DNA of 63,487 bases, the filler included. It is 5 parts of 5 records of this genome, joined end to end, with 100 filler letters (N's around TTAATTAATTAA, not from the genome) between each part and the next. Parts side by side here need not be neighbours in the genome. Positions count along the whole stretch, not along the records: positions 58,182 to 63,487 come from SRR20825019_1005; 4 more parts are not named here. One strand, written 5' to 3'. The notes under the pieces are model-generated. The model was not told the DNA's origin, ran no database searches, and was given only the letters and a program-made list of their open reading frames with translations. This document shows positions 61,025-63,487 of the stretch, piece by piece. Made by a program: the position numbers and the translations under genes. How positions within the stretch are numbered: the stretch's first letter is position 1; each line of letters opens with the position of its first letter.

Positions 61025-62321
61025 CTTCGTAATTTGTCTAATTATCAATTCTATAAATTATTGCTTTGCATACAACTATATAAAAGACGCTCAAACAGAA
61101 GATTTTTTATATAGAGCAACCAAACCACTACTTGATAAAGTAAATTTAAAGAATGTAAAATTTTTCATTATTGATGATGATAATATTAATGCATTTACAG
61201 ATGGTAATAACATATATATTAACTCAGGTTTAATAGCTAGCCAGGATGATATTAATGTATTACTTGGTGTAATATCTCATGAAATTGGGCATATTGTTCT
61301 TAGGCATGTTGATGTGAGATGTGAAAAGATAGATAAAATTCAAAAAGCAATGATTGCAAATATGCTTATTGGGGCAGTATCTTTAGTAAATTTAACATAT
61401 AGTAGTTTAATTGTTAATGTACTTTCAAGTACATACACAGAAACAGGTATAGCAGATTTTTATAAACACTCTCAAGCTGATGAATCTAGTGCTGATATTT
61501 TTGCATGTAATATCATGAATAAACTAGGTCTTGATAGCCAAGGTCTTACTAAGTTATTTTACGATTTACATAAAAAAGATTACTGGCAAGATGAAGATAA
61601 TAAAATTTTATATTATAGAACTCATCCAAAACATAAACAAAGAATTTCCAAAATCAATAATTTTGATAAATCGAAAATTAAAATATTAAGTCCAACATGG
61701 CAAAAATTACAAGATGAGTATAAGATGATTTCTCTAAAGCTTTTATCATTAAGAGAATCCACAGATATAGTTTTTAAAAAAATTGACAAAGATAATAGCA
61801 AAGCCTCTATGCTAGCTAGAGCAATTTTATATACAAGGATAAGAGACTATAAAAATGCTATAAAAAATATAGACAATTTATTAGAATTAAACCCTAATAA
61901 TCCATATCTATATGAAGTAAAAGGCCAGATATTATTTGAACATGGTAAAAAAGAAGCATTAGAGTATTTTAATAAAGCAGTAATTCTTTCTAATGAAAAT
62001 AGTATTTTAAGATGTCAAAGAAGTATAATGACAATATATGCACTTGATAAGCTAGATAAGAGCCATTCATATATAGAAAGAGATTTAAGAGAATCTGTAG
62101 ATAAAAATTTATTAAACTTAAATGGTCATTATTTTTTGGGATTATATTATAGTAAAATAGGTAAACAAGCAGAGAGTAATTTAGAACTAGGTTATTATTA
62201 TCATAAATTGGGCATGAAATCTAAGGCCAAAATATTTATTAAGAATGCTTTAAATAAGCTTACAAAAAACACTCCCAAATGGCAGAAGGCACAAGATCTT
62301 TATTATTTAGTTGATAGGTAA
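61005..62321 (+). CDS. M48 metalloprotease with TPR domain (BepA/YfgC-like)
   Basis: Signal peptide from ATG 61005; INAF, HEIGH, E..AD, THP...R, C-terminal TPRs. Confidence 0.85.
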   Translation: MKNTALSFVICLIINSINYCFAYNYIKDAQTEDFLYRATKPLLDKVNLKNVKFFIIDDDNINAFTDGNNIYINSGLIASQDDINVLLGVISHEIGHIVLRHVDVRCEKIDKIQKAMIANMLIGAVSLVNLTYSSLIVNVLSSTYTETGIADFYKHSQADESSADIFACNIMNKLGLDSQGLTKLFYDLHKKDYWQDEDNKILYYRTHPKHKQRISKINNFDKSKIKILSPTWQKLQDEYKMISLKLLSLRESTDIVFKKIDKDNSKASMLARAILYTRIRDYKNAIKNIDNLLELNPNNPYLYEVKGQILFEHGKKEALEYFNKAVILSNENSILRCQRSIMTIYALDKLDKSHSYIERDLRESVDKNLLNLNGHYFLGLYYSKIGKQAESNLELGYYYHKLGMKSKAKIFIKNALNKLTKNTPKWQKAQDLYYLVDR

Positions 62322-62921
62322 TTAAATTACTTTTTGCCTATATATATGATAATTTATATTAATTAACATAAATATGAATTTCTTTTAAATGAAATAAATC
62401 TTAGGATAAATTAGGTTTTTTAGAATTTATTTAACTTATATATCTTTTTAAACTGCTTAAATAATATGTATTAAAAAATTTATTAGGAATAGAAGTATTT
62501 ATTCTAAAAGCCAATTCTTGATCTAAAACTTTAGAACTTAGCTTCAACAATACTCTTCCTTATAACTATATTATCTAGCATATAAAATAAAATATCTCAA
62601 CTTTTACGCCTTTGGGTATAAATAATAATTGAGATAAATTGCTAAAACATCTATGTGTGTTCCTAGTAGTAATGATTTCAACTAAATTATTACTTATCAT
62701 TTGTAACTGAAAAGCAGCAAGTAAAAGATAACTACTCCTTCAAGTTGTTGATATTTTATAAAAGACTCTATTTTAATATGTTAATTATGACATATATTCA
62801 TCTTGGATGAATATATATAATACATAAAATAGCTAAATACACATTTACTGAAAATGTTGACTGGATTTATTGAACCTTCTATCTTATAAATTTAACTTTT
62901 AAATATGTGAGGTTAAGTTAA

Positions 62922-63487
62922 ATGGGTTTAAATTTTCAATATATCTCAGAATATATTTCTTTAAATACAAATAAGTTAAAAGATAAAGATAATGCATTTA
63001 TGTATCTTTATGAAATTCTAAGTGATAAAGAATCTATAATTGATCTAGATTATGATGAGTTTGTTTCGATCATAAATATGTTGGATCTGAGTTTAGATTT
63101 GATTTTTCAAAAGACTAAACTAGTTAAGGACCTTGATGTTATGAAATATTTTGAAGTTTTGCTAAAATCACAAAACCCAGAAAATTATCTAAAGATTTTA
63201 CATAGTCAAAATGACCATGCATGGATGATCAAGATTGCAGCATCAATTGGTAGAATAGATGCTATTGATTACTTATTAAACTTACTTCCGGATCAGGAAA
63301 CTCGTAATAAAATGATTCATGCCTACAACGACACCCCTTTTAGATCTGCAGCTAGAAATGGCCATACGGATGCACTAAAATATTTAGTAGAATTAGAAAA
63401 AGATCCAATAAAAATATGTAAAATGATTCATGCACTTGATGAAAGAGCATTCCGATATGCAGCTAAAAATGGTCATACAGAGACACT
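62922..63487 (+). CDS. Ankyrin-repeat protein, paralogue of 264-2069; runs off the window and is absent from the ORF track
   Basis: GAGGT RBS, ATG 62922, 188 open codons: MGLNFQYISEY...LDYDEFVSIINMLDL...RNKMIHAYNDTPFRSAARNGHTDALKYLVEL...KMIHALDERAFRYAAKNGH; same 111-nt period. Confidence 0.88.
   Translation, partial: MGLNFQYISEYISLNTNKLKDKDNAFMYLYEILSDKESIIDLDYDEFVSIINMLDLSLDLIFQKTKLVKDLDVMKYFEVLLKSQNPENYLKILHSQNDHAWMIKIAASIGRIDAIDYLLNLLPDQETRNKMIHAYNDTPFRSAARNGHTDALKYLVELEKDPIKICKMIHALDERAFRYAAKNGHTET

Overview
The window is not one genome. It is five contigs joined by 100-bp artificial spacers (N44-TTAATTAATTAA-N44). (1) 1-27783 and (5) 58182-63487 are very AT-rich, Rickettsiales-like and probably from one organism or close relatives. 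They carry housekeeping genes (cmk, lptB plus LptA/LptC-like, rnd, ftsB-like, cdsA, uppS, dapA, smpB, ybeY, corC-like, mrdA, rodA, cysS, trcR, uup, rnpB, short glnA-like, pgeF, ccmC, fdxA, M48 protease). Effector-like genes are interspersed: a 37-aa-repeat ankyrin protein with a C-terminal F-box-like motif, a truncated paralogue missed by the ORF track at the window end, TPR/HAT proteins with a shared C-terminal hydrophobic-G-[D/E] tail, and a 1207-aa Cys-rich exported protein. (2) 27884-36619 is a GC-rich Rhizobiales-like contig: hutU, a class D beta-lactamase, a NitT/TauT-type ABC importer behind a perfect 24-bp HutC-like operator, hutC, ctpA, envC-like, rlmH and rsfS. (3) 36720-48571 is an ordinary Flavobacteriaceae-like contig. 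(4) 48672-58081 is eukaryotic (GT-AG introns with CTGAC branch points, TATA-like and AATAAA elements) and carries three adjacent signal-peptide enzymes. These are a GH43, a ~951-aa papain-family protease split by three introns with its catalytic Cys on a 23-nt micro-exon (not visible in the ORF track), and a secreted protein with an intact PARG catalytic signature. The most interesting items are the secreted PARG-like enzyme, the spliced large C1A protease, and the ankyrin/F-box effector family with its putative C-terminal export motif. All family and taxon calls come from motif recognition by eye; no searches were run.
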